Below the pieces are notes generated by a model. The model searched no databases, had not been told where the DNA came from, and worked only from the letters and a program-made list of their open reading frames with translations. From Planctomycetota bacterium (GTDB taxonomy: Bacteria > Planctomycetota > UBA11346), in NCBI GenBank assembly GCA_038229115.1, contig JBBROQ010000002.1, forward strand, positions 1 through 52,126: a stretch of 52,126 bases of DNA. Direction: 5' to 3'. The translations under genes were made by a program, and so were the position numbers. This document shows positions 19,507-28,702 of this stretch, one piece after another. The first letter of the stretch is position 1; each line of letters starts with the position of its first letter.

Positions 19507-19551
19507 AAAAAAAACTCCCACGCGGCTGATGCCGCGTGGGAGTTTTGGTTT
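19507..19551. terminator. Bidirectional intrinsic terminator
   Basis: AAAACTCCCACGCGGC-TGAT-GCCGCGTGGGAGTTTT with A-tract before and T-tract after, between convergent genes. Confidence 0.9.
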
Positions 19552-19569
19552 CTAGGCAGAGCGCGCCGC

Positions 19570-20028
19570 TCAGCGCGAATCCGAATACACCATCTGCGCG
19601 GCCTTCAGCAGCTCATCTGCCGATTGGCGTAAAAAAGGCAGCACCGCGTGATGATAGCGGACGCTGCCCTTTTGATCGATCACCACCACCAACCGGCGGG
19701 TGCCATACCACGCCGCGGCGCCATAGGCCTTGCTGCACGCGTTAGTCGGATCGCTCAGCAGCGTGAACGGGAAGCCGTGATGCGCGGCGAATTCCTGATG
19801 TTTGCCAACCGTGCCGGGATTGATGCCCAGGACGGTCGCCGAAATGCGCGCGAAATCGCCGTGCCGGTCGCGATAGTCGCACAGCTGCCGCGTGCACACC
19901 GGAGTAAAATCACCCGGATAAAACACCAGGATCGCCGGGCCGTTGGCCCACGCGGTGGACAGTTGGTAGGGCTGCCCGGCGGTGTCGGTGAGGGTGAAGT
20001 CCGGCGCGGGTTGATCGAGCATGCGCAT
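19570..20028 (-). CDS. bcp: Peroxiredoxin, BCP/PrxQ type
   Basis: APDFTL, FYPGDFTPVCTRQLC, FPFTLLSDP. Confidence 0.85.
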   Translation of the reverse strand: MRMLDQPAPDFTLTDTAGQPYQLSTAWANGPAILVFYPGDFTPVCTRQLCDYRDRHGDFARISATVLGINPGTVGKHQEFAAHHGFPFTLLSDPTNACSKAYGAAAWYGTRRLVVVIDQKGSVRYHHAVLPFLRQSADELLKAAQMVYSDSR

Positions 20029-20060
20029 GGTACGGATTCCTGGCGACCGCGGTTGTGAAC

Positions 20061-21044
20061 TTAGAGCCCGACCGCGGCACGGGCCGCGGTCAGGGTCTGT
20101 CGCGCGACCGCTTGAGCGGCGGCGGCGCCCTGCGCCAGCACGCGCTCGACCAGCGCAGGATCATGCATGATCGCCGCGCGGCGGGCGCGGGCCGGGCCGA
20201 AATGGTCGAGCAGCACCTCGAACAGCGTCTGTTTCGCGTGGCCGTATCCGAAGCCCTCGGCGCCGGGCACGCGGTAGCGCTCGGCCAAGGCCAACGTGCG
20301 CGGGTCGTCTTTGCCGGCGATGGCGCGGAAGATCCTGAACACCGCGCAGGCCTCGGGCTCCTTCACGTCGTTTACGCCCTTTGAGTCGGTCTTGATCGAC
20401 AGCACGCGTTTGCGCAGCGCCTTTTCCTCTTGGAACGGGTCGATGGTGTTGCCGTAACTTTTCGACATTTTTTCGCCGTCGATGCCGGGCAGCACTTCGG
20501 CGTCGGGCGCCAGGCGGAACGTGGGCAGGGTGAACACCGGGGTTTTGAATTCTTCGTTGAAGCGCGCGGCGATATCGCGGGTGATCTCGATGTGCTGCAC
20601 TTGGTCTTTGCCCACCGGCACGACATCTGCGCGCGGGGCCAGAATGTCGGCGGCCTGCAATAACGGATAGCTGAACAGACCGACGTTGGCGGTCAGACCT
20701 TTGGCCAGCTTGTCTTTGTAGCTGACCATTTTTTCCATCCACGACATCGGGCACACGCAGGACAGCAGCCACGCCAGTTCGGTAACTTCGGGTACGTCGT
20801 GCTGCACATAAATGTGGGTGCGCGCGGGATCCAAACCGAAGGCGAGATAGTCGATCACCACTTGGCGGATGTCGGCGCGCAGGCGTGCGGCGTCGCGCAC
20901 GCTGGTGAGCGCGTGATAGCTGGCGACGAACACGAACACCTCGTGGCCCTGCGCCTGCAAGTCGAGGAACTGGCGGATGGCGCCGGCGTAATTGCCGAGA
21001 TGCAGTTGGCCGGTGGGTTGGACGCCGGAAAGGATGCGGCTCAT
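20061..21044 (-). CDS. trpS: Tryptophan--tRNA ligase
   Basis: ILSGVQPTGQLHLGNY (HIGH), YPLLQAADIL, VPVGKDQVQH, KMSKS. Confidence 0.97.
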   Translation of the reverse strand: MSRILSGVQPTGQLHLGNYAGAIRQFLDLQAQGHEVFVFVASYHALTSVRDAARLRADIRQVVIDYLAFGLDPARTHIYVQHDVPEVTELAWLLSCVCPMSWMEKMVSYKDKLAKGLTANVGLFSYPLLQAADILAPRADVVPVGKDQVQHIEITRDIAARFNEEFKTPVFTLPTFRLAPDAEVLPGIDGEKMSKSYGNTIDPFQEEKALRKRVLSIKTDSKGVNDVKEPEACAVFRIFRAIAGKDDPRTLALAERYRVPGAEGFGYGHAKQTLFEVLLDHFGPARARRAAIMHDPALVERVLAQGAAAAQAVARQTLTAARAAVGL

Positions 21045-21078
21045 GGGCGGGGTTTCGGCAAGAGGGGGCTGCGCCGGA

Positions 21079-21792
21079 TCAACGAAGCGCGGCGAAGGCC
21101 TGGGCGACGAGGAAGACCAGGATCACGCCATTGAACGGATCGACTTGGCCGCGGTTGAGGTAGGTCAGTCCCGCAAAGGCCGCTACCGCGCCGATCACCG
21201 CCAACGTCAACGTGATAGAGCGCGCGAGCGGTTCCCGACGCGTCGCCAGCAGCGCGCCGTTGTAGGCCAGCTGGCCGCCATCCAGCGGGAAGATGGGCAG
21301 CATATTGAAAATGCCGAGCACCAGATTCATCACCATGCTGATCGACAGGAAGTGGCCCAGCCACGTTGGTCCACCGGCAAACGGATGCTTCAGCAGCGAG
21401 GCATCGTGCTCCTGAAGCAACGTGAACGCTCCGTAGCTGAGTCCGGCCAGCAAGAAGTTGACCGCCGGCCCAGCCGCGATCACCAGCATCGACTGACCCG
21501 GACTGCGACGCTGGATGGATTGGCATTGGCCGCCAAAGGCCGTGAGCGTGATCGTGATCCCGGTCGCGCCCAGCATCTTCGCCATTAGGCCGTGGCCGAG
21601 TTCGTGCAGGACGATGGCGATCAGCAGGACCGCCAGACACAGCAGGAACATGCTGGGATCAAAGGGCGTGTTGGGCGTCAGCGACCACAAGTACGCGAAG
21701 TAGAGCATGAACACTGCGGTCCAGTGCGCGTAAATCGGGATCGACGCCAAGTGTCCGAGATAGACCGAGCCATTCGCGCCAGGAGTCAGCAT
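21079..21792 (-). CDS. Site-2 protease (peptidase M50 family)
   Basis: LHELGH, AAGPAVN, FNMLPIFPLDGG within transmembrane segments. Confidence 0.9.
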   Translation of the reverse strand: MLTPGANGSVYLGHLASIPIYAHWTAVFMLYFAYLWSLTPNTPFDPSMFLLCLAVLLIAIVLHELGHGLMAKMLGATGITITLTAFGGQCQSIQRRSPGQSMLVIAAGPAVNFLLAGLSYGAFTLLQEHDASLLKHPFAGGPTWLGHFLSISMVMNLVLGIFNMLPIFPLDGGQLAYNGALLATRREPLARSITLTLAVIGAVAAFAGLTYLNRGQVDPFNGVILVFLVAQAFAALR

Positions 21793-21974
21793 GGCGGCAC
21801 GCTAGGAAACCCTGTGCGATTGCGAGCCATCGCGCCGGCGCGGCCGGGAGTGGTTTGAACACCGGCTTGGCTGCGTCGGCCAAATTTGCGCCCTCAGGAT
21901 TCCAGGGGTAGGTTTCCGCGGCTGGCCCTCAGTTCGGCCACAGCACAACGACGACATTTTCCGGTGGGGTTTTC

Positions 21975-24239
21975 ATGGACGACATGGTCAAAGACTTCCT
22001 GATCGAGACCTACGACAACCTCGAAAAGCTCGACCAGGATTTCATCGTGCTGGAACAGCACCCGGACGACAAAGAGCGGCTGAGCTCGATTTTCCGCACC
22101 ATCCACACCATCAAGGGCGTCAGCGGCTTTCTGGACCTGACCAAGCTGATGGCGCTGGCGCATGCCGGCGAAAACCTGCTGTCGAAACTGCGCGACGGCG
22201 TGATGAAGCTGGACGAGGACCGTGCCAACGCGCTGTTGAAATTGGTCGACGGCATCCGGCAGATTTTGGGCTCGGTCGAAACCGGCAGTACCGAAGGTAC
22301 GGTCGATTACACCGAGCTGGCCGCGCACTTGAACCGGCTCGCGGATCCCGCGGCGGCGCCCGCAGTCGCGGCGCCAACGGCTGAGTCGAAGCCGACCTCG
22401 GCGGTTGAGCGCAAGCCCGAAGCGGTGGTGGCGGAAGCGGCGGCTTCGGCCGCGTCTGCCCCGAAAACCGAAGTCGTGGCCAAGACGCCGGAAGCTGGCG
22501 CAAAAGCCGGCGGCGAAGGCGCTGGCTTGGCCGACGCCAGCATCCGCGTCGATGTCGAGGTGCTGGATCGCCTGATGAATCTGGTCGGTGAACTCGTGCT
22601 GACGCGCAACCGCCTGATGCTGCATCCGGCGGTTGGCAGCGACACCGGCTTCCAGGGTCTGGCGCAGTCCCTTAACCATCTCACCAGCGAGCTGCAGGAA
22701 GGCGTGATGAAAACGCGCATGCAGCCGATCGGCACGTTGTGGGCAAAGCTGCCGCGGGTCGTGCGCGACCTATCGAAACTGGTCGGCAAGACCATCCGCC
22801 TAGAAATGGAAGGTCAGGACACCGAACTGGATCGGACCCTGATCGACGCACTTAAAGACCCAATGACGCACATCGTGCGCAATTCCATCGACCACGGCGT
22901 GGAAACCCCTGAAGGCCGCATCGCCTCCGGCAAGCCGCCGGAAGGCGTGCTGACGCTGCGCGCCTGCCATCGCAGCGGCAACGTGGTGATCACCGTGGAC
23001 GACGACGGCCGCGGTATCGACCCAGTGAAGATCAAAGCCAAAGCCGTTGAAAAAGGCCTGATCACGCCAGCGCAAGCCGCGCAGATGTCGGCCGCCGACG
23101 CGGTGAACCTGGTGTTCGCGGCGGGCTTTTCGACCGCCGAAAAAGTTTCGAACATTTCCGGCCGCGGCGTCGGCATGGACGTGGTGAAGACCAACATCGA
23201 ACGCATCGGCGGCCGCGTCGATTTGGTCAGTCGATTGGGCGTGGGCCTGACCCTGACCGTGACCATTCCGCTGACCTTGGCGATCGTGCCGGCGCTGGTG
23301 CTGTCCAGCGGCGGCACGCATTTCGCCATCCCGCAGACCGCGCTGGTTGAACTGGTACGGATCAAGCCCGAGGTGATCGAGACGGTGTTCGACGTGCCGG
23401 TTTATCGCCTGCGTGGTCAGATCCTGCCCTTGGTGTATTTGAACAAGATCATGCAGGGCGAGACTGCGCCGGCAGCTATCGCGGCGCCAGCCGTGAGCGC
23501 ACCGACTGCTCTCAGCGTCCTGATCCTGCAAGCCAACGACTCCCGCTACGGCTTGGTGGTGGATGCGATCCACAACACCGAGGAAATCGTAGTCAAACCG
23601 CTGTCGAAGCATTTCTCGGAACTGCCGGCGTATGCGGGCGCGACCATCCTGGGCGACGGCCGCTTGGCGTTGATCCTGGATGTGATCGGCATCGCGCGTT
23701 TGGCGCGTCTGGGCCAGCGCGCCGGTGCGGTTGACGCCAAGGCCGACCAGGTTTTAGCGACGGATCGCGTGCCGCTGTTGATCTTCGTCAGCCCCGACGA
23801 CGGCCGCATGGCCATCCGTCTCGATCAGGTCACGCGCTTAGAAGAATTGCCCACGTCCGGCATCGAACGCATCGGCACCGGCGAAACGATCCAGTACCGC
23901 GGCACCATCCTGCCGCTGGTGCGGGTGTTCGCGCTATTGGCGGAACGTCGGAACGAACCGCGTAATCCTGAGTCCGGCGTGCCCGAAGGCATGTTGCAGG
24001 TGGTCGTACACACGGTGCGTTCAGCTGACGCTTCGGCCGAAGGTCAGCGCGTTGGCCTCGTCGTCGGTCGCATCCTGGACACGGTCGAGGAATCCCTGGC
24101 CATGAACAAAGCCGGTTCGCGCGCCGGCATCACCGGCTGCCTGGTGATTCAGGGTAAGGTCACCGAACTGCTGGATGTCGATTGGGTGGTGCGCCAGGCC
24201 CATCCCGAACTGAGCGCCCAACCCGAACTTTCTGCGTGA
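21975..24239 (+). CDS. cheA: Chemotaxis histidine kinase CheA with additional C-terminal CheW domain
   Basis: HPt IFRTIHTIKG; dimerisation SIRVDVEVLDRLMNLVGELVL; HATPase HIVRNSIDHG, DDDGRGID, GFSTAEKVSNISGRGVGMDVV; two CheW-like domains. Confidence 0.95.
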   Translation: MDDMVKDFLIETYDNLEKLDQDFIVLEQHPDDKERLSSIFRTIHTIKGVSGFLDLTKLMALAHAGENLLSKLRDGVMKLDEDRANALLKLVDGIRQILGSVETGSTEGTVDYTELAAHLNRLADPAAAPAVAAPTAESKPTSAVERKPEAVVAEAAASAASAPKTEVVAKTPEAGAKAGGEGAGLADASIRVDVEVLDRLMNLVGELVLTRNRLMLHPAVGSDTGFQGLAQSLNHLTSELQEGVMKTRMQPIGTLWAKLPRVVRDLSKLVGKTIRLEMEGQDTELDRTLIDALKDPMTHIVRNSIDHGVETPEGRIASGKPPEGVLTLRACHRSGNVVITVDDDGRGIDPVKIKAKAVEKGLITPAQAAQMSAADAVNLVFAAGFSTAEKVSNISGRGVGMDVVKTNIERIGGRVDLVSRLGVGLTLTVTIPLTLAIVPALVLSSGGTHFAIPQTALVELVRIKPEVIETVFDVPVYRLRGQILPLVYLNKIMQGETAPAAIAAPAVSAPTALSVLILQANDSRYGLVVDAIHNTEEIVVKPLSKHFSELPAYAGATILGDGRLALILDVIGIARLARLGQRAGAVDAKADQVLATDRVPLLIFVSPDDGRMAIRLDQVTRLEELPTSGIERIGTGETIQYRGTILPLVRVFALLAERRNEPRNPESGVPEGMLQVVVHTVRSADASAEGQRVGLVVGRILDTVEESLAMNKAGSRAGITGCLVIQGKVTELLDVDWVVRQAHPELSAQPELSA

Positions 24240-24243
24240 ACCC

Positions 24244-24729
24244 ATGACCGATACCGCCGTCGAAACTGCTCCCGAAACCACGTCTGATGCGAAGCTCGCC
24301 AGCACCTACTGCACGTTTTCGTTAGCGCCGTACCGCTTCGCCATCGATGTGCAGGCGGTGTTGGAAGTGCTGCGTTTTCAGGATCTGACGCCAGTACCAA
24401 TGGCGCCGCCGGACATCGCCGGACTGATCAATCTTAGAGGCCAATTGGTGACCGCGATTGATCTGCGCCTGCGCCTGGGGCTGCCGCCGGCCGCGGCCGA
24501 TCGCGCTGCGACGCACTTGGTAGTGCGCGACGGCGACGTCATCAGCAGCCTGATGGTGGACGAGGTCGGCGACGTCTGCCAACTCGCGCCCGAACGTCAT
24601 GAACCGACGCCGGAAGCGCTACAAGGCCCAGCGCGCGATTTGGCCTCGGGCGTGTTCAAACTCGAAGACGGCTTGCTCTTGGTGCTCGACTTGGCCAAGG
24701 CCGCGGCCACGCGCAGCGTCGTGCGATGA
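24244..24729 (+). CDS. cheW: Chemotaxis protein CheW
   Basis: YCTF.L, V.EVL, TPVP.APPDIAGLINLRGQLVTAIDLR, VDEVGDV. Confidence 0.93.
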   Translation: MTDTAVETAPETTSDAKLASTYCTFSLAPYRFAIDVQAVLEVLRFQDLTPVPMAPPDIAGLINLRGQLVTAIDLRLRLGLPPAAADRAATHLVVRDGDVISSLMVDEVGDVCQLAPERHEPTPEALQGPARDLASGVFKLEDGLLLVLDLAKAAATRSVVR

Positions 24730-25886
24730 ACGCGATGGGGCCGGCACGGGTGTTGGTGGTCGATGACGCGGTGGTGTTCCGTAAGGCTATCACCGATGCC
24801 CTGGCCGATGACCCCGACGTGACCGTGGTAGGCACCGCCAGTAACGGCCGCTTAGCGCTGCTGAAAATCCCGCTGCTGAATCCTGACGTGGTCACGTTGG
24901 ACGTAGAAATGCCGGAGTTGGACGGCCTAGCGACGCTGGCCGAGATCCGCCGGCAGTGGCCAAAATTGCCAGTCATCATGTGTTCGTCGTTTACCAGCGA
25001 AGGCGCCGTGACCACCATGAAGGCGCTGGATCAGGGCGCGAATGACTTCATCGCCAAACCGGCCGGTGTCGGCGGCATGGCCGAGGCCATGGCGGCGCTG
25101 CGCAAAGAATTGCTGCCGCGCATCAAGGCACTGACCGGTCGCTCGACCGCTGGATTAGTGTCGCGCACGCGGCCAGCGGTGAGCATGCCGCACGCACCGT
25201 CACCGAGCGTCACGCTGGGCGGCAGCGGACCGGTAACGTTGGTGCCGGCGCCGATGACCCAACGCCGGCTCGACATGCTGGTGATCGGTTCATCCACCGG
25301 CGGACCGAATGCCCTGGCCGACGTGCTGCCGCTGTTGCCCAGCGATCTGCCGGTGCCGGTGTTGTTGGTGCAGCACATGCCAGCGATGTTCACCAAACTG
25401 CTGGCCGATCGACTGACGGAAAAAGGTGCCTTCCCGGTGCGCGAGGCCACTGACGGCGCGATTGCGAAACCCGGCGAAGCGTGGATCGCGCCCGGTGGAT
25501 TCCATGTGGTGGTGAAGAAGGACGGCGAGCGTTTCGTCCTGCGTTTGACCCAGGATATGCCGGAAAATTCCTGCCGTCCCGCAGTGGACGTGCTATTTCG
25601 CAGCGTGGCGCAATTGAGCGTGCCGACGTTAGCCGTGGTGCTCACCGGCATGGGCGAAGATGGCCTGCGTGGCGCGCAGTTGCTGCACGCCGCCGGCAAT
25701 CCGGTGCTGGCCCAAGATCAGGCGACCTCGGTGGTGTGGGGCATGCCCGGCGCGATCGCCAAGGCCGGCATCGCCAGCGCGATCCTGCCGCTGAATGCCA
25801 TTGCCGCCGAGATCGTGAAGCGTTTGCGCCACGGCCGTCCGGCCTGGAATGGCGCCGTGCGCAGCCGGCAGCCGGCCGCGGTCTGA
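24726..25886 (+). CDS. cheB: Chemotaxis response regulator protein-glutamate methylesterase CheB
   Basis: Receiver VLVVDD..TLDVEMP; esterase GSSTGGP, VQHMP, RPAVDVLF, LTGMGEDG, SVVWGMP. Confidence 0.95.
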   Translation: MNAMGPARVLVVDDAVVFRKAITDALADDPDVTVVGTASNGRLALLKIPLLNPDVVTLDVEMPELDGLATLAEIRRQWPKLPVIMCSSFTSEGAVTTMKALDQGANDFIAKPAGVGGMAEAMAALRKELLPRIKALTGRSTAGLVSRTRPAVSMPHAPSPSVTLGGSGPVTLVPAPMTQRRLDMLVIGSSTGGPNALADVLPLLPSDLPVPVLLVQHMPAMFTKLLADRLTEKGAFPVREATDGAIAKPGEAWIAPGGFHVVVKKDGERFVLRLTQDMPENSCRPAVDVLFRSVAQLSVPTLAVVLTGMGEDGLRGAQLLHAAGNPVLAQDQATSVVWGMPGAIAKAGIASAILPLNAIAAEIVKRLRHGRPAWNGAVRSRQPAAV

Positions 25887-25917
25887 CCGCATTGTCTGGT
25901 CGTGCGACCAGAGCAAT

Positions 25918-26889
25918 TTATCCGAACAATCCGCTGTCTCTAAACGCGCCCGGGCTGACGCCCAAAGCGCGTCGGAAAGCGCGGCCGAAATAGGCCGGGT
26001 CGCGATAGCCGCACGCGTGGGCGATGGTGGCGATCGGCTGCTTGCGGTCGCGCAGCAGCTCGGCGGCGTGGCGTAGGCGTTGATCGGTCAGGAACGCGGC
26101 CGGGGCCAGGCCGAAGGCGGCGGCAAAGCGGCGGGTGAAATGCGCGCGGCTCATGCCGGCCACGCGGGCCAGATCGTCGACGCTCAGGTCGCGCTGGAAA
26201 TGCGCGCGCGCGTGCGCGCAGGCGGCGTCCAGGCCTGGCGTGGCGGCGCGCGCCGCGTCCTTTGTCTGCGCGCCAGAAGCGGCCGTGCTCAAGCCGCGGT
26301 CCATCAGCAGCATGGTCAGGCGATAGGCATGCGCGGCCGACGCGTAGGGCGTGGCCACCGCGCCATTGAGCACCGCCGCGCAGCCTTCGGCCGCGGCCAC
26401 CACCACCGGATCATCGGCGGTCATCGGCACCAATGCACCGGTGCGCGCGATCACCGCGCGCCACGCCTGCATGACGTCGCGTCCATACAGGCACAGAAAG
26501 AAGAAGCGCCAACGTCCGCCTTCCGGCAGCCAATAGCGATGGTCGCCGGGCATGGTCAGCAGCATCGCGGTGCCGGGGGTCACCGGGCGCGTGACGCCTC
26601 CGTGGGTCAGCATGCCGGTGCCGCTGAGGGTGTATTGGAACAGCGCGAACTGCGCGTCGCCGCGCCGGCGGCCGTGCCAGTCGTAGACGACACGACGCTG
26701 CTCGCTCAAGCCGCCATTGCCGAGTAGCGCCTGTAGCTCGGGGGTTTGCTGCGTGAACCAAACCGGCGCTTCGTGCAGTGGCCGGCCGGCCAAAGCGGCG
26801 GGCACGAAGTTCGACTGCGTGCTTTTGGTGCTCTCGGCAGGCGGCAGCTCAAAAGTACCAGAAGCAGCACGTCCATCCCGTATACGCAT
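25918..26889 (-). CDS. AraC-family transcriptional regulator, divergent from GH4 gene
   Basis: Cupin-like FQYTLSGTG..HRYW; HTH LSVDDLARVAGMSRAHFTRRF...IAHACGYRDPAYFGRAFRR; start codon uncertain. Confidence 0.9.
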   Translation of the reverse strand: MRIRDGRAASGTFELPPAESTKSTQSNFVPAALAGRPLHEAPVWFTQQTPELQALLGNGGLSEQRRVVYDWHGRRRGDAQFALFQYTLSGTGMLTHGGVTRPVTPGTAMLLTMPGDHRYWLPEGGRWRFFFLCLYGRDVMQAWRAVIARTGALVPMTADDPVVVAAAEGCAAVLNGAVATPYASAAHAYRLTMLLMDRGLSTAASGAQTKDAARAATPGLDAACAHARAHFQRDLSVDDLARVAGMSRAHFTRRFAAAFGLAPAAFLTDQRLRHAAELLRDRKQPIATIAHACGYRDPAYFGRAFRRALGVSPGAFRDSGLFG

Positions 26890-26982
26890 GAAAAACCACG
26901 ATATGGTGAAGCGCGAATACACCAAGCACACGGCTTTATGCCGCCGCCAGCACCGTTGCAACCTCGCTTAGGAGCCATCGCC

Positions 26983-28545
26983 ATGACCGACGCCGCACCT
27001 TCCATCATCACTTCATCGACCATCACGCCGGCCCGTTTCACCATCGCCTTCATCGGCGCTGGCTCGATCGGATTCACTCGCGGGCTGCTGCGTGACCTGC
27101 TGTCGGTGCCGGAATTCCGCGCCATCGACATCAGTTTCACCGACATCAATCCGCAGAACTTGGACATGGTCACGCAGCTGTGCCAGCGCGACCTCGATGC
27201 CAACGGCCTGACCACGAAAATCCGCGCCACCACCGATCGGCGTGAAGCGCTGCGTGGCGCGAAGTATGTGTTCAACGTGGTGCGCATCGGCGGTCTGGAC
27301 GCGTTCCAGAGCGACATCGACCTACCGTTGCAATACGGCCTGGACCAGTGCGTCGGCGACACGCTGTGCGCGGGCGGCATCATGTACGGCCAACGTGGCA
27401 TTGCCGCGATGTTGGAGTTCTGTGCTGACATCCGCGCCGTGGCCGCGCCCGATTGCTTGTTGCTGAATTACGCCAATCCGATGGCGCAGCTGACCTGGGC
27501 CGCGAACCAGTACGGCGGCGTGCGCTGCGTTGGGCTGTGCCATGGGGTATTTCACGGCCACGAACAGATCGCCACTGTGTTGGGTCTAAAACGCGAAGAA
27601 GTCGACATCATCTGCGCCGGCATCAACCATCAGACGTGGTATGTGCAGGTGCGCACCAATGGCGTTGAGCGCTCTGGCGAACTTTTGGACGCGTTCGAGC
27701 GTCATCCGGAATTCGCCAAGACCGAAAAGGTGCGCATCGACATGCTGCGCCGCTTTGGCTACTACAGCACCGAATCCAACGGCCATCTGAGCGAATACGT
27801 GGCGTGGTACCGTAAGCGCGCTGACGAAATCCCGCGCTGGATCGACACCGGCTGCTGGATCAACGGCGAGACCGGCGGTTACCTGCGCGTTTGCACTGAG
27901 GGCCGCAACTGGTTCGAGACGGACTTTCCGAACTGGCTCAAAGAGCCGGCATGGCAAATGGACCAACATTCGCGCAGTCATGAGCACGGTGCCTGGATCA
28001 TCGAAGGCTTGGAAACCGGGCGCGTCTACCGCGGCCACTTCAACGTCGTCAATCGCGGCTGCATCACCAACCTACCCGATGACGCGATCGTCGAAGTGCC
28101 GGGCTATGTCGACCGCAACGGCATCAACATTCCGCGTGTCGGCGATCTGCCGCTTGGCTGTGCCGCGGTCTGCACCGCGTCGATTACGGTGCAGCGTCTG
28201 GCGGTGCGCGCGGCGGTGACGGGCGACGATCTGTTGCTGCGGCAGGCGATGCTGATGGATCCACTCACCGGCGCAGTTTTGAACCCGCCGGAAGTCTGGC
28301 AGTTGGTCGACGACATGTTGATCGCGCAGGAGCGTTGGCTGCCGCAATACGCGCAGGCGATCGCCGTGGCCAAAGCGCGGCAGGCCACGGCCGTCAGAGT
28401 GCCGACCAATGCCGCCTACCGCGGCGCGGCGCGGCAGCACACCAAGACCGTGGCCGAGATGACCGCTGACGCTGATGCCGCGCGCGCCAATGCGGCCGAG
28501 GCGGACAAGGCCAAGGCCAGGCCAGCGGCGGCGGCGACTGCCTGA
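26983..28545 (+). CDS. melA: Alpha-galactosidase, glycoside hydrolase family 4
   Basis: GGAG RBS before ATG 26983; IAFIGAGS, DQCVGDTLCAGG, LLNYANPMA, GLCHG, GINHQ, TESNGHLSEY. Confidence 0.9.
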   Translation: MTDAAPSIITSSTITPARFTIAFIGAGSIGFTRGLLRDLLSVPEFRAIDISFTDINPQNLDMVTQLCQRDLDANGLTTKIRATTDRREALRGAKYVFNVVRIGGLDAFQSDIDLPLQYGLDQCVGDTLCAGGIMYGQRGIAAMLEFCADIRAVAAPDCLLLNYANPMAQLTWAANQYGGVRCVGLCHGVFHGHEQIATVLGLKREEVDIICAGINHQTWYVQVRTNGVERSGELLDAFERHPEFAKTEKVRIDMLRRFGYYSTESNGHLSEYVAWYRKRADEIPRWIDTGCWINGETGGYLRVCTEGRNWFETDFPNWLKEPAWQMDQHSRSHEHGAWIIEGLETGRVYRGHFNVVNRGCITNLPDDAIVEVPGYVDRNGINIPRVGDLPLGCAAVCTASITVQRLAVRAAVTGDDLLLRQAMLMDPLTGAVLNPPEVWQLVDDMLIAQERWLPQYAQAIAVAKARQATAVRVPTNAAYRGAARQHTKTVAEMTADADAARANAAEADKAKARPAAAATA

Positions 28546-28587
28546 GCGACTGCCACGGCCTGAACAGCCGCATTGAATTTGCGTCAC

Positions 28588-28616
28588 AGCCCGGGAAACC
28601 GCGCGTTTCCTGGGCT
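28588..28616 (+). terminator. Stem-loop after GH4 gene (possible terminator or stabiliser)
   Basis: AGCCCGGGAAAC-CGCGC-GTTTCCTGGGCT; no clear U-tract. Confidence 0.4.
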
Positions 28617-28702
28617 TGCTGCTGCCAGACGACCAAGCCCTCAACATTGCGCCGAGCGCGCCCGTACTACTCTGCCGATTCCCGGTGGAGACGAGTGCAG
28701 GC

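Noticed and set aside
21920-21960. Sigma-28-like promoter upstream of cheA
   Set aside because: Spacing and -10 element do not fit the TAAA-N15-GCCGATAA consensus
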